A stretch of DNA of 64,000 bases, from positions 1 to 64,000 of the IMG/VR virus record IMGVR_UViG_3300014205_000177; one strand, written 5' to 3'. The notes under the pieces are model-generated. The model searched no databases. It was given only the letters and a program-made list of their open reading frames with translations, and was not told where the DNA came from. Shown here in pieces: positions 35,699-45,802 of the stretch; position 1 is the first letter of the stretch, and every line of letters starts with the position of its first letter. A program made the position numbers and the translations under genes. This stretch comes from a virus. Its lineage: Duplodnaviria > Caudoviricetes.

Positions 35699-37879
35699 AT
35701 GTTTATTTATCAAAATGGCGGTTTACCAATCAAAGTATGGGTTGACCAACAAGAATATTATGCTGATTCTGGATTGACTCAGCAAACAGAAGCACTAGCA
35801 AGACACCCATTCGCATTTAAACACGTTTCCTTGACCCCTGATGGACATTTAGGTAAAGGTATGCCTATTGGTGGAGTTTTAGCAATGAAGGGTGCTGTGT
35901 GTCCTAATGCTGTTGGAGTGGATATAGGTTGCGTTGATAAGGATACCGAATATCTAAGTGAAGAAGGCTGGGTGAAAATATCTGAATATAAAGGGGAGAA
36001 AATAGCAGAGTATAACGCAGAAGACAATTCTACGGTCTTTAGAACGCCAATCAACTATGTTGTGTTACCAGAGACTAAGTTTTATTACTTAAAAACCAAA
36101 TATGGTATTAATCAAATGCTTTCTGGTGAACATACTGTATTATTAGAAAAAGGAGTTCATCACAGGAAAGGTATGATTGGTAAGAAATATACAATGAAGA
36201 TGGAAGAATTATATAATTATCATCAAAATAGAGTTTTAGGAATGAGAGATTACTTTATTAATGAGATACCAAATTTGATAATAAACACATCAATTCCATT
36301 GACCGACGAAAAAATAAGAATTCAGGTTATGGTCATGGCGGATGGCTGTTTGGATACTAAATCAAGTTGCGTGTGTAGATTTAGAAAGTCAAGGAAAATA
36401 AAAAGGGCAGAAGAACTATTATCGGATTCAGAAATAAAGTACACTAAAGGCATATCTAAAAATGGAGATGTTTGGTTTCGATTTAAACCACCATTGATGG
36501 AAAAAAGAATCGGGGTATTTAAAAATGCCTCAGTAGAGCAATTGAAAATAATTGAAGATGAGATTATGCATTGGGATTTTGATACAACGCAAAATTCATT
36601 TTGCAGTAAATATAAAGAGGATGTTGATTTTGTACAATATGTATTTGCAACACAAGGGAAAAGAACATCCATTAACTACGATAACAGGTCGGATAAAGAG
36701 ACATACAGATGTTTATTATCCAAAGGTAAGCCTAGAGTACAACTAGGTGGAACCCCTAAAACAGACATAAAGATAGTAGATTCTGAAGATGGTTTAAAAT
36801 ACTGCTTCACCACGTCTACTGGTTTTTGGATTATGCGAAGAGGTGGCTGTATCTGTGTAACGGGCAATTGTGGAATGATGGCTGTTAAAACTGACTATAA
36901 AGCCAGTTCTTTTTCTAAAGAGGACCTGATTGAAATTATTCATTTAATCAAAGAAAAAATTCCAGTTGGATGCAATCATCAACAAACTAATAGGCATAGG
37001 AAAGAAGCTAGTAATCTATTCAATAATTACATAACATCTTGCTTTGAAAAAAAATTAACAATTAATCCTGATATTAATATAGAAGCTATTTATAGTCAAC
37101 TTGGAACTCTTGGTGGAGGAAACCATTTTGGAGAATTTCAATCAGATATTGAAGATAATCTTTGGATTATGTTGCATAGCGGTTCTCGTAATATTGGATT
37201 AAAAATTGCAAATCGTCATGCTGTAAAAGCCAAAGAAATATGTAAGAAATACAAAACTCCACTTCCAAATGATGACTTAGCTATATTGTTGACCGATTCA
37301 CAAGAGGGTTTAGAGTATTTGAATGATATGGAATTTGCTATTCAATTTTCTTTTATGAATAGAATGTTAATGTTGGCTGATATTAAAGCCGTGTTGGTTA
37401 AATATACTGGAAATGATTCCTTTATATGTACATCTAAGGATATAGACGACCCAAATTCTACAGTGTTTATTAATATCCATCATAATTTTGCTGCTCTTGA
37501 AAATCACTTCGGAGAAAATGTTTTTGTACATAGAAAAGGAGCTACAAGAGTAAGACCAAATATCGTTGGAATTATTCCTGGTTCCATGTCTTCTTCTTCT
37601 TATATAGTAAGGGGAAAAGATACGGAAGAATTAAAAAAATCATTCTCGTCTTGTTCTCATGGAGCAGGAAGAACAATGTCAAGAACTAAAGCCAAGGAAA
37701 ACCTGAGCATTGACAAGTTTCGAAAGGATATGGGAAATATAGCATCTGTAGATATTGACTTTTCCCATCTTGATGAATCTGGTGATGCTTATAAAAACAT
37801 TCAGAATGTTATGAGTAATCAATCAGAACTTGTTGAGATAATTCACGAGTTAAAACCAATAATGAATTTCAAAGGGTGA
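35699..37879 (+). CDS. rtcB: RtcB RNA ligase containing an intein
   Basis: PDGHLGKGMPIG, VGVDIG|CG, LGTLGGGNHF, HSGSR, HHN, HRKGA, SHGAGR. Confidence 0.93.
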   Translation: MFIYQNGGLPIKVWVDQQEYYADSGLTQQTEALARHPFAFKHVSLTPDGHLGKGMPIGGVLAMKGAVCPNAVGVDIGCVDKDTEYLSEEGWVKISEYKGEKIAEYNAEDNSTVFRTPINYVVLPETKFYYLKTKYGINQMLSGEHTVLLEKGVHHRKGMIGKKYTMKMEELYNYHQNRVLGMRDYFINEIPNLIINTSIPLTDEKIRIQVMVMADGCLDTKSSCVCRFRKSRKIKRAEELLSDSEIKYTKGISKNGDVWFRFKPPLMEKRIGVFKNASVEQLKIIEDEIMHWDFDTTQNSFCSKYKEDVDFVQYVFATQGKRTSINYDNRSDKETYRCLLSKGKPRVQLGGTPKTDIKIVDSEDGLKYCFTTSTGFWIMRRGGCICVTGNCGMMAVKTDYKASSFSKEDLIEIIHLIKEKIPVGCNHQQTNRHRKEASNLFNNYITSCFEKKLTINPDINIEAIYSQLGTLGGGNHFGEFQSDIEDNLWIMLHSGSRNIGLKIANRHAVKAKEICKKYKTPLPNDDLAILLTDSQEGLEYLNDMEFAIQFSFMNRMLMLADIKAVLVKYTGNDSFICTSKDIDDPNSTVFINIHHNFAALENHFGENVFVHRKGATRVRPNIVGIIPGSMSSSSYIVRGKDTEELKKSFSSCSHGAGRTMSRTKAKENLSIDKFRKDMGNIASVDIDFSHLDESGDAYKNIQNVMSNQSELVEIIHELKPIMNFKG
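35930..36868 (+). mobile_element. Intein (313 aa) in RtcB with a degenerate LAGLIDADG-like core
   Basis: Begins CVDKDTEYL, ends ICVTGN before the +1 Cys; internal VMVMADG; removal restores DIG-CG. Confidence 0.88.
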
Positions 37880-38056
37880 TATGACAATAGTAAAAACATT
37901 TAGAAGCAAAAGGGAAATACTTAAAGAACTAAACGCAGAAAAAATACTAAATAAACATCAATGCAAAGGCGGATAAAGAAATGAAAAAGAATGGAAACCA
38001 ACTATAGATAAAGACAGTGTAACGTTCGAACTTAAAAAAGTAAAAGAAGATAAACA

Positions 38057-38362
38057 ATGAGAAATAAATTAATAAACATTACCTATGATTATACAAATTC
38101 AACAAATCTTTCATTCGCAGAAGTGGAAGAAGCAATAAAAGCTGGTGTTGAAAATATTCACACAACTTGCCTTAACTTCTTTGACTTCGCAGTTTTAGAA
38201 TTAGGTTATGATGTAATCGTAGTTAAGAAAAATCTTGACAGTATTATATTGGAGGATTTACTAGATTCTTCAACAAATGTGTATACAGAAAAGGAAATAC
38301 GGAGAGCTCATAATGTGAGTAAAATGCTAATAGCTGGGGCTTTTAAATTTAAAGAACTATAA
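38057..38362 (+). CDS. Hypothetical protein
   Basis: ORF track; KEIRRAHNVSKML. Confidence 0.6.
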   Translation: MRNKLINITYDYTNSTNLSFAEVEEAIKAGVENIHTTCLNFFDFAVLELGYDVIVVKKNLDSIILEDLLDSSTNVYTEKEIRRAHNVSKMLIAGAFKFKEL

Positions 38363-38381
38363 TATAAAAAGGAAGGCGTAA

Positions 38382-38741
38382 ATGTGGAAATTTATGTTTA
38401 TTTACCCGTATTTGTTTCTTTCGGCTGTTTATTCAACTGGTAAAAAATTCTATATAGGTCTTGCGTGGTTATTATTATGGATTATAATTACCTTGTGTGG
38501 CTATAGACCTTGCCTTATTATAGGACAAATATTATTTGAAATATCTGGACAATCACTACCTAAAGGTACTCCAATATTACTTGATAATATTTATCTTTCA
38601 CTAATTGGGGCTGTGATAATAATGATAATAGGCTTAATATTAGTTTTATTTGCAAAACTTGTACATATTATTGGAGAGTATATTGAAAGAGTTGGAGCTG
38701 AATTTAAACAAAAAAGAGATAGATACTTAACAAAAAAATAA
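38382..38741 (+). CDS. Hypothetical membrane protein
   Basis: Hydrophobic segments. Confidence 0.6.
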   Translation: MWKFMFIYPYLFLSAVYSTGKKFYIGLAWLLLWIIITLCGYRPCLIIGQILFEISGQSLPKGTPILLDNIYLSLIGAVIIMIIGLILVLFAKLVHIIGEYIERVGAEFKQKRDRYLTKK

Positions 38742-38750
38742 GGTTAAATT

Positions 38751-39077
38751 ATGAATGAATTTTATTTAGTGTTTTTGATATATGCTATACCAACAATCAT
38801 AATGGCATGTACTCCTGTAGATAGATGGTTATTAACTTGCGACCAAGATAAAATAATTATTATAGTATCTTTATGTTCGGGAATAATTGGATATGTAGGA
38901 AGTAATATTTATTTTCTATTTAATGGAACTTGGAAGTTACAATCATTAATAGTTAGTTTCCAGTTTGGGTTGCTTTGCATTATTTTAGGGCTAATGGTTT
39001 TTGTCTGCTCATTAATGATGGGGTGTGCAATTAGATTATTTATTATATCGGTAATTGAAAAAATAAAAAAGGAGTAG
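38751..39077 (+). CDS. Hypothetical membrane protein
   Basis: Three hydrophobic segments; ends in TAG. Confidence 0.6.
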   Translation: MNEFYLVFLIYAIPTIIMACTPVDRWLLTCDQDKIIIIVSLCSGIIGYVGSNIYFLFNGTWKLQSLIVSFQFGLLCIILGLMVFVCSLMMGCAIRLFIISVIEKIKKE

Positions 39078-39081
39078 ATAA

Positions 39082-39345
39082 ATGAAATATTGCAAGGATT
39101 GCCGACATTTTATAAAAATAGATATTGGAGGATATAATCTATGTAAAAAATCAAGGCAGGTTTTAACTACAGAAGATGTGGTTAGTGGGAAAATAAGTAC
39201 CGTTTATTACAATGATTGTAAAGATTGCAGAACAGGAACTTACAGAACAATAAATATATGTGGAGAAGAGGCTAGATTGTTTAGTCATAAAAATATAATA
39301 ATTAGATTAGTACAGTGGATTAAATCAATACTAAAAGGAAAATAA
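39082..39345 (+). CDS. Cys-rich small protein
   Basis: CKDCRHF...C...CGEEARLF. Confidence 0.6.
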   Translation: MKYCKDCRHFIKIDIGGYNLCKKSRQVLTTEDVVSGKISTVYYNDCKDCRTGTYRTINICGEEARLFSHKNIIIRLVQWIKSILKGK

Positions 39346-39530
39346 TGTTTAAAAAAATATTAAAACTTTTTCACAAACATAAAATGGTTCACGATAAAGA
39401 ATTTGAATTACTTGGAACTAAATCGTGTAAATGCCATTGTTCTAAGTGTGGAGAAAAGATGTTCGGTTTTTTAATGCAAGGGGATTTTACCAAGGAATGG
39501 TATTGGATGTATGTTAAGGAGGAAAAATAA

Positions 39531-39866
39531 ATGATTAAAAATATATGGTTCGCTATAACAGCTTTTCTACAAGCTTCTTGGATAATGTGGCTATTCATAG
39601 CCCTTTTCATATTGTCCTATATAATAGGAAGGTTTGAAATGTCTTTATTTCCTTATAGTAATATAATAATGAATGATTGGATACTTAGACATGTGTTCCG
39701 CATATTGCTCGGTTTTTGGACCTTTGTTTCCTTGTATTTCCTTCATATTATAATTAATTTATTGCTTGCAGCTTCTGTGGATATTTGTAAGAATACGAAA
39801 ACCAACTACACCTATAAAAAATTCAAAGACTTTAAGGAAAGATACAACAAAGGAATAAAAAAATGA
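39531..39866 (+). CDS. Membrane protein; paralog of 2290-2613
   Basis: End-to-end similarity; SD AAGGAGG. Confidence 0.75.
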   Translation: MIKNIWFAITAFLQASWIMWLFIALFILSYIIGRFEMSLFPYSNIIMNDWILRHVFRILLGFWTFVSLYFLHIIINLLLAASVDICKNTKTNYTYKKFKDFKERYNKGIKK

Positions 39867-40588
39867 AATATATGGGTAGTAAGTCTCGTATTGCAAAGTA
39901 CATAGTGCCAGTAATACAAAAATATATTGATATTAATAAAATACAATCTTACATAGAACCATTTGTCGGAGGTGCTAATGTTATTGATAAAATAAACTGT
40001 ACTAATAAAGTAGGATATGACTCAAACAAATACTTAATAGCTTTGTTCAGAGCACTTTTAGATGGGCTGGAATTACCAGAAACCATAGATAAAGAGTTGT
40101 ACAGTAGAGTAAGAAGTGATAAAGATTCACATCCAGATTGGTTTGTTGGTGCTGTTGGGTTTTTAGCAAGCTACAACGGAAGATTCTTTGATGGGGGATA
40201 CGCTCGACCAGGATATGAAAAGGTAAAAAACGGAACCAGATACAGAGATTATTACCGAGAATCCAAAGACAATATCCTCGCACAATTGCCGTTATTAAAA
40301 AATATTTCGTTTTATACAATTGATTTTAAAGATATTGTTGATATTAATAACTCTGTTATTTATTGTGACCCTCCATACCAAAATACAAAGCAATATGCTA
40401 ATGCTTTAAAATTTGACTATGAACTGTTTTGGAATAAAATTAGACAATGGAGCAATAATAATATTGTTTTAATTAGTGAAGAAAACGCCCCAGATGATTT
40501 TAAGTGTATCTGGGAACAAGAAGTAAGTAGGAGTATAAAAACTACAGATAAAAGTGTATCCGTTGAAAAACTCTTCATAAGGAAGTAA
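39863..40588 (+). CDS. DNA adenine methyltransferase (D12/Dam-like family)
   Basis: MKYMGSK, EPFVGGA, YCDPPY. Confidence 0.88.
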   Translation: MKYMGSKSRIAKYIVPVIQKYIDINKIQSYIEPFVGGANVIDKINCTNKVGYDSNKYLIALFRALLDGLELPETIDKELYSRVRSDKDSHPDWFVGAVGFLASYNGRFFDGGYARPGYEKVKNGTRYRDYYRESKDNILAQLPLLKNISFYTIDFKDIVDINNSVIYCDPPYQNTKQYANALKFDYELFWNKIRQWSNNNIVLISEENAPDDFKCIWEQEVSRSIKTTDKSVSVEKLFIRK

Positions 40589-40722
40589 TATGAACATTCA
40601 AGAAAAAACGAAATATTTGAAACAGCAGAACAAACTATTACTAGAGGATGGTTTGATACATTAAGCGAAGATAGTGAATTTATTAACAATTGCATTTATG
40701 CTAACAAAAGGATAAGTAACAA

Positions 40723-41076
40723 ATGAATCCAAGAGTAGAATATAAATTAACCGATGCAGATTTAAAAGAATTATTAGAAGCAAGCCGACCAACTCCAGTA
40801 ATGAGTATTGGAGGAAATACTTTTAGTTCACCGCAAGAAAATGCAAATAGAGCCTGGGCTAAATTAGGCGAAAGACTAAGATTTGACCCCATGTCTGTTC
40901 GTCCAATACAAGGAAAGGGGAATAAATTCTTTACGGCAATACCAAATGAGACTAAAGAACAAAAAGAAGAAAGACTTAAATTTGAATCTGAACAAAATAA
41001 AAAGGAAAAAATAGAAACTCTTAAAAAAGAGATAAAAGATAAAGAAGAAGAATTAAAGGAATTGACAAATGGATAA
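40723..41076 (+). CDS. Hypothetical phage protein
   Basis: QENANRAWAKLG..L.FDPMSV; coiled-coil tail. Confidence 0.65.
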   Translation: MNPRVEYKLTDADLKELLEASRPTPVMSIGGNTFSSPQENANRAWAKLGERLRFDPMSVRPIQGKGNKFFTAIPNETKEQKEERLKFESEQNKKEKIETLKKEIKDKEEELKELTNG

Positions 41077-41351
41077 AGATATTTTAAAATTATTGAAAAA
41101 GCTCGAAAAATGTCTAAGAAATTATTCTAATGATGACAATTATACACTGGAAACCAGAACGTGTGAATTGATTGGAGCTAGAACACGAGTAGAAACATTT
41201 AATGACTTTAATGGTGATTCAAGAGCTGCAAAAAAGGGAATTAAAATAGTAAAAACAATAAAAAACAAACTTGGTAAAGGAAAGTGTTCTCACCCGTGCG
41301 AGGTATGCGGGAAAATAGCTTGTAAGGATATAAATAAACGAGAATTAGGAG

Positions 41352-41543
41352 ATGGAAATGAATAAAGATAATTTTGATGGAATGATTCTTGGAATAATAA
41401 TCGGAATTATAATATGTATAGTTTCAATGGCTTCTATTATTCCTCGTATATATAAGAATGGACAAATTGACGCAATCAATGGGAATATTAAATATGAATT
41501 AAAAGCCATGCCAGATAATTCAATAGTATGGGTTAAAAAATGA
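41352..41543 (+). CDS. Small membrane-anchored protein; paralog of 5544-5750
   Basis: TM plus GQIDAING. Confidence 0.65.
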   Translation: MEMNKDNFDGMILGIIIGIIICIVSMASIIPRIYKNGQIDAINGNIKYELKAMPDNSIVWVKK

Positions 41544-41884
41544 AAATTAAATTAATTATAAAATCTATATATGAAGAAAGTAAAGATGGAATACCTTTCA
41601 TCGCTTTTATAGCAATTTTGGCGTCGGTTTTGATTATTTGTGCTTTAATTGCTCATTATTTTAAATATGGTGTAGTTTTAATTGTTTCAATTCCTGTGTT
41701 GTGTTTCTTATATATGATTATTCATGAAGCAATCTGTTATTTTAAGCGTGTACGAGTAATTTATAAAAGAAAATTATATGAAACATATAAAAAAGAAAAC
41801 GAAGATAACCAAGTTGAAAAAGAATGGAAATCTACTAGAAATAAAAACAACGTGACTTTTGAACTTAAAAATAAAATGGATTGA
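41540..41884 (+). CDS. Hypothetical membrane protein
   Basis: Two TM helices; ATGA-type overlap. Confidence 0.6.
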   Translation: MKIKLIIKSIYEESKDGIPFIAFIAILASVLIICALIAHYFKYGVVLIVSIPVLCFLYMIIHEAICYFKRVRVIYKRKLYETYKKENEDNQVEKEWKSTRNKNNVTFELKNKMD

Positions 41885-42190
41885 AAATGAAAGTAAATGA
41901 AGAAGATATAAAAATGTTTTTATTTGGAAGATGGATAGCTACTTGTTATGCTGATGAACTAATGGATAAAAATGGTATGACAAATCATAATCCAGGATTT
42001 AAAAGAGAAGAAGCATTGTCAGTATTAAACATGACTGGCGGTTCATGGTGGAAGTCAAGAATAAGACACTTTAATAGCGTGGTTCTTCCAAACTATAAAA
42101 GCAATGGAAGTTATGAAGATGCTAAAAAGTTCTTAAATGAGTAAAAATATACAAAGATTTATTCAATAGTAATAAAGGTATAACGAGAAT

Positions 42191-42227
42191 GGGCTGGCGT
42201 GTGTAATGCACGTCAGCCCTTTTTTTT
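42191..42227 (+). terminator. Terminator at the convergence of the + and - transcription units
   Basis: GGGCTGGCGTGT-gtaat-GCACGTCAGCCC followed by a T run. Confidence 0.8.
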
Positions 42228-42691
42228 GTTTTTTTTATTTATTTTTTTGTAAATATAATATATACGCATTAGCAGGCGACTTTTTTACCTTTTAATGTCA
42301 GTCATTTTTGTACTAGGGATATTTTAGTAATTGGGATTCTTATATAATTATCATTTTCATCTTTCACATTACTTAAAGTTACCCATCCTTTATATCCTAA
42401 AAATGTAAAAGACTCTTCTCTATTAACACTAATAATTTTATTTTCCTTACCCTCATAGATAACATCTAATCCAGTATGAATCCATTCTTGTGAAAATAAA
42501 GTATTAATCATTTTTTTCGCTAATATAAAAATCTTCTTCTTTATACTTCTTGTTTATTTCTTTCATAAGATAAACTTCTTTAATTTTTCTCGCTGGTCCC
42601 CATCCATTTTTGTGTGGCTTACAAAGTGCGCAACTACTTCCTTTCTTGTTTTTTGTTTTGGAAGCTCTATTTGGATGTCTCATTTATCCCC

Positions 42692-43342
42692 CTATACAAA
42701 TCTATTTATTATATTAGAATTAACATCTTCGTTTTCTCTTAATTTCTTCATAGCCCAAGCCAAGTCGTCACTGTAAAGTAATTCCTTACCTGTGTGTTTA
42801 TCCTTATATAGTCTTCCATCTGCTACCATTTGATTAAATCTAACCTGTGCTCTTTCTACATATACTTCAAGTGGCTGTGGTGAATAGTTATTTTCTGGAA
42901 CGTCAACCCCTACATCAAAGCTAAGATTTTGAGTATTCATTCTGCCGTGACTGTGGCCAAATAATGCTACACTACAATAATGACTTTTATCCCACGTCCG
43001 AGGACAACAATGTTGCATAACCCAATTATGACCCAATGCTTTTATATTCTTTATTTCACATACTTCTTGAAATTGCTCTAAATGTATTTTAGGCATTTTA
43101 TCGTGAGAACCTAAAATAAGAACCTTCTTTCCTTTGAGTTTATTTATAAAATAACCATGCCTTTGAAAAGCAAAATCACCTACTATATAAACTAAATCCT
43201 TTACTCCAACTACCTTATTCCAATTTTCAATTAGCCCTTCATCCATTTCTTCTACGTTCTTCCATGGTCTGTTATTATGCTTAATTATATTTGAATGACC
43301 AAGATGCCAATCCGCCCCTACCCACACCTGATTACAACTCAT
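42692..43342 (-). CDS. Calcineurin-like metallophosphoesterase
   Basis: ADWHLGH, VGDF, GSHD, FGHSH, DVGVD. Confidence 0.85.
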   Translation of the reverse strand: MSCNQVWVGADWHLGHSNIIKHNNRPWKNVEEMDEGLIENWNKVVGVKDLVYIVGDFAFQRHGYFINKLKGKKVLILGSHDKMPKIHLEQFQEVCEIKNIKALGHNWVMQHCCPRTWDKSHYCSVALFGHSHGRMNTQNLSFDVGVDVPENNYSPQPLEVYVERAQVRFNQMVADGRLYKDKHTGKELLYSDDLAWAMKKLRENEDVNSNIINRFV

Positions 43343-43373
43343 TTTTTGTTTCCTTTTCTTATAATAATTCTAA

Positions 43374-43682
43374 TTAGAAATTTCTCTTATTTTTTTCATC
43401 TAGTGAATCTTGTGCCTCTTTGCGACTTTTTCTTTCTTCGTCAGTTAATCCGGCTAAATAATTTTCATGTTTTTTCTTTGAATATTCAACCAACTTATCG
43501 AATAATCTTTTGATTCTTTTGGGCATTTCTTCATCACATTCCCCTTGAACAAATCCACGAGATACAGAAATCCAAGCCATTTCAGTATACTCACCATCAG
43601 ATAAATATGTTTCAGGACATCCTACTTCGTTAAACCATTCTTGTAATTTATTTACACCCTTGTCAAATTCTTTTTCATTCAT
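43374..43682 (-). CDS. Hypothetical protein
   Basis: ORF track; co-oriented. Confidence 0.6.
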   Translation of the reverse strand: MNEKEFDKGVNKLQEWFNEVGCPETYLSDGEYTEMAWISVSRGFVQGECDEEMPKRIKRLFDKLVEYSKKKHENYLAGLTDEERKSRKEAQDSLDEKNKRNF

Positions 43683-43684
43683 TT

Positions 43685-44386
43685 TTATTTAACTCCCAAT
43701 TTTTCTGCTTCTTCGATAAATAACGACTTTGTATATTGCATATCTAAACCTTTATATAGATAAATATTAAATAAATTACAAAGGTCTCCTTTATAATTTT
43801 TAAATATTAATATACAATAATCAGATGGTTCACCTTTAAACCACCCACCGTCAATTTTCATAGAATATAACATTTCAGATTCAATAAGACCCATTAAATT
43901 ATCTATTTCATCTACAATTTTAGTTATTTCATCAGTAATATAGATATTAAATGCTTCATTTATTTTTATTGCATATTTATTTTCGAATTCACCGTAGTCA
44001 AATCCAACAGATTTTAAATATGCTTTTATTGGTCTTGGCAAATCGCAAACATAAGCTTCATGTGCATCATGCATAAGAAAAGCTCTTTTTAAACATTCTT
44101 TAAAATTTTTGTTTTTTAATATGACTATAGGAAGAATTCCTTTTGAATCTAAAAAATCTATAATCATCATACCAATTATTGAATGCATTGCTACAGAAAA
44201 GAAAACACTTGAATGCCCATTATATCTACATATTTTAGATAATGAATGAGCTATGTCTTCTATTTCTATTTTATCTATACTAAGTTCTGGGTAAGTAATT
44301 TCTTTATTAGTAAAAGATTGAAGAAAACCATAGTCTTTAAGTGACATTTCTATCATTTTATTTACCTTAATCCTTATTTTTACCAT
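43685..44386 (-). CDS. HD-domain 5'-deoxynucleotidase-like phosphohydrolase (YfdR-like)
   Basis: IEDIAHSLSKICRYNGH, SVAMHS, LMHDAHEAYVCDLPRPIK. Confidence 0.85.
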   Translation of the reverse strand: MVKIRIKVNKMIEMSLKDYGFLQSFTNKEITYPELSIDKIEIEDIAHSLSKICRYNGHSSVFFSVAMHSIIGMMIIDFLDSKGILPIVILKNKNFKECLKRAFLMHDAHEAYVCDLPRPIKAYLKSVGFDYGEFENKYAIKINEAFNIYITDEITKIVDEIDNLMGLIESEMLYSMKIDGGWFKGEPSDYCILIFKNYKGDLCNLFNIYLYKGLDMQYTKSLFIEEAEKLGVK

Positions 44387-44831
44387 TTAGAATGGCAATT
44401 TTAACAGATTCGTCAATCATCTGATATATCATAGCTCCAAGCGGATTGCCTTCTTTTTGACAATCATGTCTATCATCTAATTCTGCTGGTAACATTCCAC
44501 ACTTGATTGCATCCAATGTGTAATCTATACTAAAAGCATTCCATATTGCGGCAATTAAATGAGGTTCATCTGTCATTCCACTTTTCCATGCCAACAAATG
44601 TCTATCTAGAGACTCCATATACCTTGATATAGGCTGACCCTTAGCCCAATTCCAACTATCATATTTAAGAGAGCCATTCCCATAATGGAGAGCTAATTTA
44701 ACCAAAACAGATGGCGGAATTAATGCAGGTTTTGGCTTTCCAGCCTGAGTATCTCTTTGAGAACCCGTTTTCATTAATTCTCTAACACCGTGGTCTTTAA
44801 TCTGCCCAAATACTTTGTTATTTTTATCCAT
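44367..44831 (-). CDS. DUF5664 (dATP/dGTP diphosphohydrolase-like) protein
   Basis: TGSQRD...GKP, GSLKYDSWNWAKG, SLDRHL, EPHLIAAIWN. Confidence 0.8.
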   Translation of the reverse strand: MDKNNKVFGQIKDHGVRELMKTGSQRDTQAGKPKPALIPPSVLVKLALHYGNGSLKYDSWNWAKGQPISRYMESLDRHLLAWKSGMTDEPHLIAAIWNAFSIDYTLDAIKCGMLPAELDDRHDCQKEGNPLGAMIYQMIDESVKIAILNGKNKD

Positions 44832-45097
44832 TTTATTCCTTTTCCTTATGTGTTGATTCTTCTTTTACCATCTCCGCAAAACACTGGTCACAAAGATAAC
44901 ACCCCTCTATGTCTGTTGTGTAATGACTATCTTCAAGTATTGGGCATTCACACCCTTCACAATGAGAAATAACCATCTTTCCTCCTACTTCTATTGCCCT
45001 CCATCCTAGTGTTTTATGGTTTTTAATTGAATCAATGGTCTTGTTTTCGCTTACATCTACCACTCTAGTTTCTATCTTTTCAAATATTATTTTCATA

Positions 45098-45493
45098 TTA
45101 TTTCTTCTCTTGAGTTTTATTCTTATTAAATTGTTCTTTAAAATATTCTTTAGCAATATTATAAAGTTCTTCTGTTTCTTTTGGAAGTTTATTTTGGACA
45201 AACTCAGAATTAGCAACCATAGGAAGAATCTTAATGGTCGCCATTTCTTTTGTGGTTGGAATAAAAATTAAGATAGTAAACGAAGACAAAAAGATAATTA
45301 AAGTATAAGTCCATATTTTTTTACTTTTCCCTATATTTTCTTTTTCTATTTCTTCACTGGCTATTGATAATGAACAAACATATCCTATAGTTATTAGGAT
45401 AAATAATACCCCCGATATAATGCTCATTATTGAGAGATACATACAAATAGCATCCAGTCTAGTAATCCAATAAATCATGTTTTCAGTAATCAT
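45098..45493 (-). CDS. Membrane protein; paralog of 193-786
   Basis: YWITRLD, two TMs, IPTTKEMATIKILP. Confidence 0.7.
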   Translation of the reverse strand: MITENMIYWITRLDAICMYLSIMSIISGVLFILITIGYVCSLSIASEEIEKENIGKSKKIWTYTLIIFLSSFTILIFIPTTKEMATIKILPMVANSEFVQNKLPKETEELYNIAKEYFKEQFNKNKTQEKK

Positions 45494-45802
45494 TTTGTTC
45501 TCCTTAAAATGAAAATGCTAATATAATTAATGATAATACAATAAAAGATACCCAAAAGATAGTAAAAGCATCAATCCTTGATTTCTCTTTATATTTTACT
45601 CTACTATTTAATGTTTTCCTTGGAACGGTTCTGTTAATTGTCATTTTTGTTTCCTTTTTTAGTTTAAGTTTAAAATAATATAGCACGGTTCTATTGTTTT
45701 TCAAGTGTGCATTTATTAGAATATTCTCCTTTTAACTTCATCCACGTCAGGAGATTTAGTTTAAAACACGCTAAAGGGTGTATTATTTGTAATAATTGTG
45801 GG

